Below are positions 1 through 9,400 of a stretch of DNA of 64,000 nucleotides, piece by piece; the first letter of the stretch is position 1, and each line of letters opens with the position of its first letter. Source of the stretch: an uncultured Candidatus Saccharibacteria bacterium. GTDB taxonomy: Bacteria > Patescibacteriota > Saccharimonadia > Saccharimonadales > Saccharimonadaceae. The position numbers and the translations under genes were made by a program. The notes under the pieces were generated by a model. It saw nothing but the letters and a program-made list of their open reading frames with translations. It did no database searches and was not told the origin of the DNA. The stretch is taken from positions 21,516-85,515 of the forward strand of contig CAZMJB010000001.1 in the NCBI GenBank assembly GCA_964566735.1, written 5' to 3'.

Positions 1-908
1 AGTTCAAGAGTTTCACCGGCACCAAACCCTACGGCAGCGAGTCGTAGGGTTTTCTGCGTTGAGTGGTGAGCACCGTACAGTTCGGCAGCAAAGCGCATTT
101 GATTGAGCTTTTTAGGGGTAATTGCTTCAATTCCGGCACCTCCATGCGAGGATCGATATTTCACTTCGATGAAATACCTAGTGTCATCCGACTCCGCGAT
201 AATATCTATTTCACAGTATTTGGTTTTCCAATTTCTCTCGAGCACATTGAAGCCGTTTTGCCTTAGCCACTCTGTCACTTCAGTCTCTGCCATGCTACCA
301 CGGGACGCCATTGGAGTTACATTTTTTGCGGTAGGTTCATTGCCTATTAGTTTCGCAATAGGCGCAAATGAGCGTCGATGGAGAGGTGTTACACCGTGCT
401 CTACTAATGCTCGTTGGTGTTTTGCCGTGCCGTATCCAACATGCGATCCAAAGCCATATTCTGGATACATGCTATCTTGCTCTTCCATATAGGTATCGCG
501 AGCCACCTTCGCTACGATTGAAGCTGCGGATACAGCCGGGACAAGAAAGTCTGCCTTTGGCATTGTCGTAACGTACTGGCCCTTGCTCGTTTCTTTGAGG
601 AAATTAATCGTTCCGTCAATCACAATCTCATGATATGGAGTTTGGACAGCCTCTACAGCTCGGATGGTCGCAAGGCGCAGTGCGGCAGATAGGCCAATGG
701 CGTCGAGCTCTTCGGCATGTACCCAGCCGAGCCCCCAACCAAGTGCACCCTCACGAATTTGAATATCAAGTTCCGTTCGGCGCTTTGCTGAGAGTTTTTT
801 ACTATCAGTCAGACCTTCAAGGGTAAAGTTTTCAGGGAACACCACGGCCCCCACTACGAGTGGGCCAGCCCATGGGCCTCGCCCTACTTCATCAATCCCA
901 AGAATCAT
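1..908 (-). CDS. rnhB: Ribonuclease HII fused in frame to a YraN/UPF0102-like endonuclease domain; the 3' end runs off the window start
   Basis: It is absent from the ORF track because it is open to the window edge. Hand translation from the ATG (complement of 908-906) gives MILGIDEVGRGPWAGPLVVGAVVFPENFTLEGLTDSKKLSAKRR...PAVSAASIVAKVARD...GYGTAKHQRALVEHGVTPLHRRSFAPI, which carries RNase HII hallmarks. A short linker follows, then from about 293 MAETEVTEWLRQNGFNVLERNWKTKYCEIDIIAESDDTRYFIEVKYRS (YraN-like). I checked every in-frame triplet from 3 to 908 and found no stop. Confidence 0.8.
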   Translation of the reverse strand, partial: MILGIDEVGRGPWAGPLVVGAVVFPENFTLEGLTDSKKLSAKRRTELDIQIREGALGWGLGWVHAEELDAIGLSAALRLATIRAVEAVQTPYHEIVIDGTINFLKETSKGQYVTTMPKADFLVPAVSAASIVAKVARDTYMEEQDSMYPEYGFGSHVGYGTAKHQRALVEHGVTPLHRRSFAPIAKLIGNEPTAKNVTPMASRGSMAETEVTEWLRQNGFNVLERNWKTKYCEIDIIAESDDTRYFIEVKYRSSHGGAGIEAITPKKLNQMRFAAELYGAHHSTQKTLRLAAVGFGAGETLE

Positions 909-936
909 TCTTTTATTATACTAGCGAATAATGAAC

Positions 937-1629
937 TTATTCTTGATTGTCTTGCGGATTACGTGGAGAAAAGACTCTTGGTATATGGCCGGCTTCCTTT
1001 TCAGAATAGGCATAATTGAGGAAATAATCCGTATGCACATTACTTAGTAGCTCGGATGGCGGCATGGCCTGGAGGGGCGTGTCACCGTGTGCAATCGCCA
1101 AACCAATTTGCGCCTCTTCAATACTCCGTCGACTTGGATACCCCATAGAACCCAATTGAGTAGAACTAAACAATACAGTTGGCTCGAAATCATCCGTAGC
1201 ATATCGAGATTGTACTTTATGTGAAGGATGGTCAATTAATACAAGAACTTCATTTTCAGTGCGCCAGAGTTGCACTTTATCAGGGGTAAGGTCACGAAAC
1301 ACCCGTGTCGTAGCACCTTCGGCTCCATGCACTACCCCTCCCCTAAAGCATCCAGCGCTTGGCGTGTAGTGAATGTTAAACGGATCATAGCGATATACCG
1401 TCGTGTATCGAGGCTTATTATCTTCAAGTTGATCACGGAGTGCCGTAAGCGCTTCGGATTCATACAGTTCGACAAATAAGGCGTCCAGCACCTCGGGTGA
1501 GCTTGTATCCTGGTGGTCGTACTTATTGTAGAAATCTGTGAAGATGTTCTCTTGAAGCGCTCGCCATTTATAATGCTCGATCACTCGTCTGTGCTCTCTA
1601 TCCTGCTGTTCTCGACCATAGTTCACCAT
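937..1629 (-). CDS. Hypothetical protein (230 aa)
   Basis: Long ORF on the same strand as its neighbours. I recognise no motif. Confidence 0.5.
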   Translation of the reverse strand: MVNYGREQQDREHRRVIEHYKWRALQENIFTDFYNKYDHQDTSSPEVLDALFVELYESEALTALRDQLEDNKPRYTTVYRYDPFNIHYTPSAGCFRGGVVHGAEGATTRVFRDLTPDKVQLWRTENEVLVLIDHPSHKVQSRYATDDFEPTVLFSSTQLGSMGYPSRRSIEEAQIGLAIAHGDTPLQAMPPSELLSNVHTDYFLNYAYSEKEAGHIPRVFSPRNPQDNQE

Positions 1630-1714
1630 TATTCGCTCTCCCTCTTAATAGTCCGAGTATAGCATAAAAACACCCCGTCAATTGACAGGGTGTTTAAAAG
1701 ATTATAAGGCAGAA

Positions 1715-2236
1715 CTAAGCGTCAGCATGACGAGCTTCAACTTCAGCTTGCTTTGCAGCAAGTTCAGCGTCTTCAGCAGCCTTTTCAGCAGCCTTCTCTT
1801 CAGCAGCAACCTTTGCTTCTTCCTTAAGACGAGCAGCTTCTTCTTCAGCATGGGTGTCAACAATGCTGTTTACACCTTCGCGGTCAAAGTTAACAGCCTT
1901 AAGGCGAGCACTCTTACCGCTACGGTTACGTAGGAATGAAAGGTAATTACGGCGAACCTTAGAACGACGAGTGATTTCAATCTTTTCTACGAGTGGGCTG
2001 TGAAGAAGGAAGCTCTTCTCAACACCGATACCGCTGGCGATCTTACGAACAGTAATACGCGCGGTGTGCGACTTAGCACGGTCTACACGGATAACAACGC
2101 CTTCAAAAACCTGAATACGCTCTTTGTTACCTTCTTTAATTTTCTGGTGAACACGGACGGTATCACCACTCTTTGCGTCAACAACAGCAGCCTTGCGTTG
2201 CTCGTTGTTCACTTTTTGGATAAGTGCAAAACTCAT
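1715..2236 (-). CDS. rplS: 50S ribosomal protein L19 with an Ala/Glu/Lys-rich C-terminal tail
   Basis: L19 core motifs are present: GDTVRVHQKIKEGNKERIQVFEGVVI, LHSPLVEKIEI and RRSKVRRNYLSFLRNR. The last ~55 aa are low complexity. Confidence 0.9.
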   Translation of the reverse strand: MSFALIQKVNNEQRKAAVVDAKSGDTVRVHQKIKEGNKERIQVFEGVVIRVDRAKSHTARITVRKIASGIGVEKSFLLHSPLVEKIEITRRSKVRRNYLSFLRNRSGKSARLKAVNFDREGVNSIVDTHAEEEAARLKEEAKVAAEEKAAEKAAEDAELAAKQAEVEARHADA

Positions 2237-2367
2237 TAGTTATTCCTCTTTCGTACCATGTTGGCACTTGTTTATGCTCAGGTGGAACTGGGTGCTAGCC
2301 ACGTAGTTGTATCCCTACGGCTCCGGCTCCCGCAACCTAAGCGGTTACTCTATACAATCAGTGATTT

Positions 2368-2396
2368 ATTATAGCACTAATTGGAAGATTTTGGAA
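2368..2396 (-). promoter_or_regulatory. Putative rplS promoter, TTCCAA-17-TATAAT with an extended TGn
   Basis: On the minus strand the -35 TTCCAA is at 2396-2391 and TGC+TATAAT at 2376-2368. This leaves a ~125-nt GC-rich leader before the rplS ATG at 2236. Confidence 0.5.
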
Positions 2397-2415
2397 GACC
2401 CGTTTAGTAGAGTGA

Positions 2416-3363
2416 CTAGAGTCCAGCAGGCCCAAATGATGTCGAAGCATGTTCTGCTGCATTCCACGTCCAACCCGAACTACTTCCGTCTCCATACCCC
2501 ACAGGTATCGAATCAGCGCTCAACATTGCACCATCAAATTCAACAAAATCGCCTGCGACCAAACCCGAACCCATGCCATAGACGGCAAATGTCAACCTGT
2601 CCATATTTGGCGTCACAGGAATCGACAGTGTTAAGCGCGTCCACGTATTCGGCACGAGTGCCACAAGCGACCCCGCCACCGTTCCAATATTCGTACTCGA
2701 CGAATTTCGTCTTTCGGCATGAATCCGGTACGACACTGCTTTGCTCGAACGCACCCAAATAGCAAGTTGGTATTCTGATGTCGAATTTAGCCCTGTTACT
2801 TGAGTATAAGGACCAAAATTACTTAAAGACCCATCAGCAGAAAGTGCGTAACGAAACGTTCGATCACCCACCTGGCCGCCGCTTGTCGGATTCGAAGAAG
2901 AGCCTGCAGCGCCGCCTATAAGTCCAGGCGTATTCCATGTCCAGCCCGACCAACCAGTTTCAAAACTCGGATTTATGACCATGTTGGTCGTACAAACAGC
3001 TCTGGTTGGACTCGCATTTTCTGAAGACGTAGCGAAAGAAATATCAGACTTTGAAGTGTTCGTTGCCGAAACGCAGTAGTCTGCATTGTCTGCCGATACA
3101 AGGTATCGATAGGTCGTGTCGGCGCTACTTACAAGACCGGTCTCGGTCTCAAATGCGGCAATACTTGGGTAAGCCCCGGCCGTCACACGTTTCGTCGCTA
3201 GTATTTTTCCCGCCTGGGATGCGGAAGACTGCGTCGCTGATTCGCGTGCACGATTTTGTATGCCATTATACGCCACGATGGTAATGGCGGCTAGAATTGC
3301 GATCACAACCACAACGATAAGGAGTTCGACAATCGTAAAGGCCTTAGATGTTGCACTGTTCAT
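2416..3363 (-). CDS. Type IV pilin-like protein with a C-terminal jelly-roll/CBM-like module
   Basis: The N-terminus KAFTIVELLIVVVVIAILAAITIVAYNG is a prepilin cleavage/methylation motif followed by a hydrophobic helix. The C-terminal half opens with NPSFETGWSGWTW, a CBM4/9-like signature. Confidence 0.8.
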   Translation of the reverse strand: MNSATSKAFTIVELLIVVVVIAILAAITIVAYNGIQNRARESATQSSASQAGKILATKRVTAGAYPSIAAFETETGLVSSADTTYRYLVSADNADYCVSATNTSKSDISFATSSENASPTRAVCTTNMVINPSFETGWSGWTWNTPGLIGGAAGSSSNPTSGGQVGDRTFRYALSADGSLSNFGPYTQVTGLNSTSEYQLAIWVRSSKAVSYRIHAERRNSSSTNIGTVAGSLVALVPNTWTRLTLSIPVTPNMDRLTFAVYGMGSGLVAGDFVEFDGAMLSADSIPVGYGDGSSSGWTWNAAEHASTSFGPAGL

Positions 3364-3385
3364 AGTACCTCGATCGTATCTGCTA

Positions 3386-5026
3386 TTAAATTACCCTATT
3401 AATCTCTTCGATAGTCGTTTCACCACGAAGTGCTGCGAGTACGCCATTTTGAAGCAATGTCACCATGCCATTTTCTCGAGCTGTCTTTGCAATCACCTCG
3501 GCGTGGACATCACTGATGTCTCCGCGAAGGAACTTTTGGATCTCGTCGCTTACCACGAGTTGTTCCATAATCACTACGCGACCGTTATAGCCAAATGGTG
3601 AACTTTCAGTAGTAACGGGGCGATACAGCTGGAAGTTTTCCAGGTCAGGCTTATCAGCATGCTCGGGAAGATCCTTTAAGACGTCACGAATCCACTGTTT
3701 TGTCGTTTCATCAGGGTCATACGCCTCTTTACTGTCGTCATTGAGCCGTCGAACAAGCCGCTGAGCAATTACGAGGCGAATCGCGCTACTAAAGATTGGA
3801 TTTTGACCAATAAGATCAATCATGCGGCTAAAAGCTGCGGCCGTATCAGTAGCGTGGAAGGTCGAGAGTACAAGGTGGCCAGTAATTGAAGCTTGAATGG
3901 CTGTTTTTGCCGTATCGGCATCGCGAATCTCGCCCACCATCACAACGTCTGGGTCAAGACGAAGCACCGAACGAAGGTGGTCGGCAAAACTCTGACCACC
4001 AGTCGTATCAACCGGAACCTGTGAAATACCAGGCACGCTAAATTCGATTGGGTCTTCAAGGGTGATAATTTTTCGGTCGAGCGTATTAAGCGCGTTAATC
4101 ATACTGTACAATGTTGTTGACTTGCCCGATCCTGTTGGACCAACCATCAACACCATGCCGCGCGGATGGCTAATAATATCATCAATCTCGCGCCGTTCAG
4201 AAGGAGCGATATTCAGCCTATCAATACTGAGCATCGATTCATCGTAATTAAATAAACGAATTACCGCATCTTGGCCGTACATAGTCGGCACCATCTCGAT
4301 ACGCATGTTCAAAATGTGCCGTGCCTCGCCTTCACCAATTTCCTGCTGCATATGCCCTGATTGCGGTTCGTTTGAAGCTGTTGAAAGGTTTGCCCGTGAA
4401 GCAAGCGCGCCTAAAATAACACGGTATCGGTCTTGGTCGAGCGTTGCAACAGGGTGAAGAGCGCCGTCAACACGCATCCTGATACGGATGCCATCACGCT
4501 GGTTTTCGATATGAATGTCGCTCGCCCCAAGCTTGTCTGCCTGCTTAATGATGAAATCGAATACTTCATCGCTTCCCACGCTATTGAGCGTCTGGCTCAC
4601 CTGGTCGATTGTCTCGCTATCACCAGCGTTAGCAATTTTAATATCCTGGTAAGTAACTTGCACTGGCGGGTCAAACCGATCCATCATTGCCCTAAAGGCA
4701 GTCTGGCTAATGAGGTAGTATGAAACGTTTTGTGCCTGTGCGGCGTACTTATCGGCGAGCTCTTTTAGTAATGATTGTGGTGTTTGAGTTGTAATACCAA
4801 ACTCCCACGGCGAAGAATCGCCCCCCGCAATCAGTGGCACAATGCGGTTTTTGTGCATTGTATCAACGTCAAGAACATCTTCGGCAAGCGTTAGGGTCGC
4901 TTCGATAGGACGCATGTCCAAGTACGGGAGCCCTAGAATAGCAGCACGTCGCTGCGTACTCTGCTCATCGGCCTCCCGGGCCTGCTGCTGAACTCGATCT
5001 TCATCCATTGCTTTTAATGGTATCAA
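3386..5026 (-). CDS. pilB: Type IV pilus assembly ATPase (GspE/PilB family)
   Basis: 546 aa with Walker A GPTGSGKSTT and a GspE-type ATPase core (VMVGEIRD, GHLVLSTFH). It is flanked by pilin genes. Confidence 0.9.
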   Translation of the reverse strand: MIPLKAMDEDRVQQQAREADEQSTQRRAAILGLPYLDMRPIEATLTLAEDVLDVDTMHKNRIVPLIAGGDSSPWEFGITTQTPQSLLKELADKYAAQAQNVSYYLISQTAFRAMMDRFDPPVQVTYQDIKIANAGDSETIDQVSQTLNSVGSDEVFDFIIKQADKLGASDIHIENQRDGIRIRMRVDGALHPVATLDQDRYRVILGALASRANLSTASNEPQSGHMQQEIGEGEARHILNMRIEMVPTMYGQDAVIRLFNYDESMLSIDRLNIAPSERREIDDIISHPRGMVLMVGPTGSGKSTTLYSMINALNTLDRKIITLEDPIEFSVPGISQVPVDTTGGQSFADHLRSVLRLDPDVVMVGEIRDADTAKTAIQASITGHLVLSTFHATDTAAAFSRMIDLIGQNPIFSSAIRLVIAQRLVRRLNDDSKEAYDPDETTKQWIRDVLKDLPEHADKPDLENFQLYRPVTTESSPFGYNGRVVIMEQLVVSDEIQKFLRGDISDVHAEVIAKTARENGMVTLLQNGVLAALRGETTIEEINRVI

Positions 5027-5062
5027 AAAACGTAAGCGTTTTACAGTGATATACTACTGAAT

Positions 5063-5548
5063 ATGCCTGAAATCATCGTTATTGTTCACAATATTCGCTC
5101 GACCCACAATGTAGGGGCGATTTTCCGTACCGCCGAGGGCTTTGGCGTGAAGAAAATTATTCTGAGTGGATACACGCCGTACCCCAAGACTACTCCAGAC
5201 TCACGACTGCCGCATATTGCCGAGAAGCTCACCGCACAAATACACAAAACTGCACTGGGCGCCGAAGAAATTGTCCCCTTTGAATATCAGGACGAGCCAG
5301 ACTTTGAGTCTCTGCGAGAAGCTGAGTATCGTATCGTTGCGCTCGAACAGACAGACAATAGTCATAATCTTAGAGACTATGCTGCGCCCGAAAAAGTAGC
5401 GCTTCTCCTTGGCGAGGAAGTACATGGTATCACAGAAGAACTCCTTCAACGGGTCGAGGATATCATTGAGATTCCTATGTATGGTACAAAAGAATCGTTC
5501 AACGTTTCCGTGGCAACGGGCATTGCCCTTTTTGCGCTGACTAAATAA
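5063..5548 (+). CDS. SpoU/TrmH-family RNA 2'-O-methyltransferase
   Basis: HNVGAIFRTAEGFGV and the C-terminal knot motif IPMYG..ESFNVSVATGIALF are present. Confidence 0.8.
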   Translation: MPEIIVIVHNIRSTHNVGAIFRTAEGFGVKKIILSGYTPYPKTTPDSRLPHIAEKLTAQIHKTALGAEEIVPFEYQDEPDFESLREAEYRIVALEQTDNSHNLRDYAAPEKVALLLGEEVHGITEELLQRVEDIIEIPMYGTKESFNVSVATGIALFALTK

Positions 5549-5549
5549 A

Positions 5550-6467
5550 TTACTGGAGCGGCGTAGGACCAATCGAAGCAGAGGCGTTTTGGGTTCCCGC
5601 CCAAGTCCAGGCTGAATTGTTTCCATCGTTATACACCGAAGCCGATGAACCTTCATCAATCATAGCTCCATCTACATAAAACGTATGCGCTACAGCCGTG
5701 CTATTTCTAAGGACAATGTCTGCCGAAGCAGCGGTCGCACCCATGGTGCGCGTCGCGGTGAGTCGCTGCCACGAGCCGTTTGCGGTAATAGTGGCTGAGT
5801 TAGTACGGGCACCTATTAGTGTGTTCGTAGCGTCCATTTCGCCGAGCTCTAGGCGCATTGTTTTTCCGGACTCACCCTTTACCCAAATTGAAGCAGTATA
5901 TGTGAGATTGGGTAGAACAGTCGCACGAGCCGTCGTATACACACCCTGATTAGCCGCAACACCGTTTGATACCGCCTGAAGTGAAGCTGTACCCGAATTA
6001 AACTCTGTTGTTACTCGCGTGAGTGTCGTTCCCGCCGTTCCCGCTGCCGCCCAGCCACTTGTATTCAGTTCAAAACTCGGGTTGAGTACGAGGTTTGCAG
6101 CACACCTACCCGCAACTGTTCCACTTGATTTATTTGTTACCGCCCAGGCTGTCTGGTGTTTTGTTGCTGAAATACAGTGAGCTCGTACGTTGGCCGTAGT
6201 GATAAAACGGTAATCGTAGGTAGTATCGGTATCATTTGTTATTCCTGCGTCATCTAACACGGCTGGGTATCCATCGCTATTGACGGCGGCATAGGCAAGC
6301 ACCTTCTTACTTGCCTGAGAAGCCGCAGATTGAACAGCGGAGTCTTTAGCGCGATTTGAAATACCGTTATAAGCAACGATAGTGATGGCAGCGAGTATCG
6401 CGATAACCACTACGACGATAAGAAGCTCGACAATCGTAAAACCTTGTTTGTTTACCCACCTGTTCAT
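5550..6467 (-). CDS. Type IV pilin-like protein with a C-terminal jelly-roll/CBM-like module (paralog of 2416-3363)
   Basis: The N-terminus is GFTIVELLIVVVVIAILAAITIVAYNG. The C-terminal half starts NPSFELNTSGWAAAG and ends like the first pilin (SAWTWAG...ASIGP). Confidence 0.8.
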   Translation of the reverse strand: MNRWVNKQGFTIVELLIVVVVIAILAAITIVAYNGISNRAKDSAVQSAASQASKKVLAYAAVNSDGYPAVLDDAGITNDTDTTYDYRFITTANVRAHCISATKHQTAWAVTNKSSGTVAGRCAANLVLNPSFELNTSGWAAAGTAGTTLTRVTTEFNSGTASLQAVSNGVAANQGVYTTARATVLPNLTYTASIWVKGESGKTMRLELGEMDATNTLIGARTNSATITANGSWQRLTATRTMGATAASADIVLRNSTAVAHTFYVDGAMIDEGSSASVYNDGNNSAWTWAGTQNASASIGPTPLQ

Positions 6468-6490
6468 TACGTTCGAGTATACCTTCAGTT

Positions 6491-9400
6491 TTACTTAAGC
6501 ACAACCGCGTCTTCACCTAAAATCTTAACGAGACGGCCAATTAACTCATCGCTTCCATCAACGCGAAACGGCATTTTAATTGCCGACTGCTTTTCAGGAC
6601 CAAGCACTAATACCATATCGCTCAGCCCCGGGAAATGTGAGCACTCATTTCGAATACGCATGAGCGCCGTTTGATCATCTGGGTCTTTTACGTGCACAAA
6701 TAGCTTCTTGAGTACCTCAGCGGCCGGTGGAGGCCCAGAAGGCTCACGAGGCGCACTGCTTGCACCAGGCCCGCTTGCGGCAGGCTTCGGGAAACCTCCG
6801 CCACCGTTTCCATTACCCTTATACGGGGTACGTGGCTTACGTGTTGCCACCACCTTCCCCGCTTTTGGCTTCGTCATAATACGGCCGGTCGATTCGTACG
6901 TACGAAGCTCTTCGTCGTCCACAATTTGAATATCATCTGCGATAAGTTTGACGTCACTTGTGAGGTTGCCGTCACGGTCACGTGCCGAAACCTTGCCAGT
7001 CGCACGAATAACAGCATCTTGTACCAACTTCGCTCCCACTTGCTCGTAAAGGTTCGGGAACACGATCACTTCGGACTCACCCGTCTTATCTTCAAGCTTC
7101 ACAAATGCCATCTTCGTACCGCTCTTCGTCACAATTGAGCGCACCGCCGATACAAGCCCTCCGATAGTGAGCGACTTCCCATCGATATCTTGAGTCATCT
7201 CCGTCACGGGTACGGTCTGTTCACTAAAGTAGGCGTCGTAGTTATCGAGTGGGTGGGCACTGATATAGAGTCCGAGGAGTTCTCGCTCCCACGTGAGGCG
7301 CTCCTTGTCGGTATGCTTCACCGGCGCTGGAGTCAAAGATACCGTTGGCTGAATGGCCGCCACATTTGCCATGCCACCAAACAGGTCCGTTTGACCGCTG
7401 AGTGCTTCTTTTTGCAGCTTCGAAGCAAAGCCTTGAATGGTTTCAAGGTTAAAGAGAAGGTCTGAACGGTCGGCCATTTCATCGAAAGCACCCGTTTTAA
7501 TAAGTGAATCCCAGGCTTTTTTGTTTACCTTCTGCGTTGAAACACGTTTTGCAAAGTCTTCGACACTCGTAAACTTGCCGTCTTCACGGGCGCGGAGAAT
7601 TTCTTCAACCACACCGACACCGACACCCTTTACCGCTGCCATACCAAAACGAATTTCATTCTCACCTGGCACAACCGCGAACTCTACATATGACTCATTC
7701 ACATCTGGCGAAAGCACCTTAATGCCCATGTGCTTACATTCGGCAATTTCGATTGCAAGGCGCTCGGTGTCATCGGCGTCGCTTGTCATAAGAGCTGCCA
7801 TAAAGGCGTCTGGGTAGTGCGCTTTAAGGTACGCCGTCCAATACGCAATAAGTCCGTAACATGCGGCGTGTGACTTGTTAAAACAGTAGTTCGCAAACTC
7901 TTCCAGCTGATCCCAAAAGGTCTCGGCATCTTTTTGCTTCGCGCCGCTTACTTTCATAGCCCCTTCTACAAAGTCGACTTTTACCTTACGCATGAGGTCA
8001 ATATTCTTCTTACCTACCGCCTTACGGAGGGTGTCCGCCTGACCACCGGTAAACCCGCACCATTCCTTGGAAATCTGCATGAATTGTTCCTGATAGACAA
8101 GAATTCCATACGTGTTTTTCAATGAGTTTTCGAGACCTTTATCGAGATACGTAATTGGCTCTTCACCATGTTTACGCTTAATAAAACTATCGATAAACTG
8201 CATCGGACCCGGGCGATACAATGCCACCATTGCAATAATGTCGTCGAAGACCGATGGCTTCAATTCGCGCAAATAGCGCTTCATTCCAGCGGATTCAAGC
8301 TGGAAGACACCGGTTGTGTCACCGCGCTGGAAAAGTGCGTAGGTTTTTGCGTCATCAAGAGGAATGGCGTTAAGATCGATGTCGGTCTTATATACTTTTT
8401 TAATAATACGAAGTGCATTATTAATAATGCTAAGGTTTGAAAGACCCAAGAAGTCCATCTTCAAAAGGCCGAGCTCCTCTACCTGTCCCATCGGGAACTG
8501 CGTTGCCGGAACACCCTTTTGCGACATTTCAATTGGTACAAACTTCACAATATCATCTGGTGCAATCACCACACCAGCCGCGTGCACCCCATGGCTGCGA
8601 ATCGTGCCCTCAAGACGCATGGCAAAATCAATCACCTGTTTTGCTGTCGGATTCGTTTCATATTCGTGTTTGAAATCTGCATCTTCTTTTACACTCACTG
8701 AAAGTGGAATATGTCGACCCTGTACTGGTTGCGGCACCAGCTTCGCAATACGGTCACTTTCGCCATATGGAACCTGCAGAACGCGCGCTACGTCACGCAC
8801 CGCTGCACGAGCAGCCATCGTACCAAATGTGACGATGTTCGCTACCTTTTCAGCGCCGTACTTATCGGTACAATACTGAATAACTTCATTGCGGCGAGTA
8901 TCCTGAATGTCGATATCGACGTCGGGCATACTAATACGGTCTGGGTTCAAGAAACGCTCAAAGAGGAGGTCATACTTGAGCGGGTCGAGCTCAGTAATAC
9001 GAATCGCATACGATACAATAGATCCAGCCGCACTACCTCGACCAGGACCAAAGATAATCCCCTGATTCTTTCCCCAGTTAATAAAGTCCTGAACAATCAA
9101 GAAGTATCCATTGTAGCCCATACGGTCCATGACATCGAGCTCATATGCAGTGCGTTCGAGTACCTCATCTGATAGCAATTTCTTTGCATCCTCAATCGAT
9201 AAATTCTCTGACTCTTCCTGCGAGACACCACCATAGCGCCACGCCAAACCCTGAAAGGTAAGCAGGTCGAGGTAACTTTTTTCGTCATGTCCTTCTGGCG
9301 TAGGGAATGTTGGAATTAAAATTTTCCCTAGCTCAATATCCACATTGCAGCGATCAGCAATCACCTTAGTATTCGCCACGGCCTCGGGGTGAGTTTTCGA

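Noticed and set aside
27-56. Hairpin CCCTACG-gcagcgagt-CGTAGGG followed by TTTTCTG as a terminator
   Set aside because: It lies inside the still-open rnhB-yraN reading frame on the other strand, and no plus-strand gene ends here within the window. It may be the bidirectional terminator just before the true gene end, but that cannot be decided from this window.
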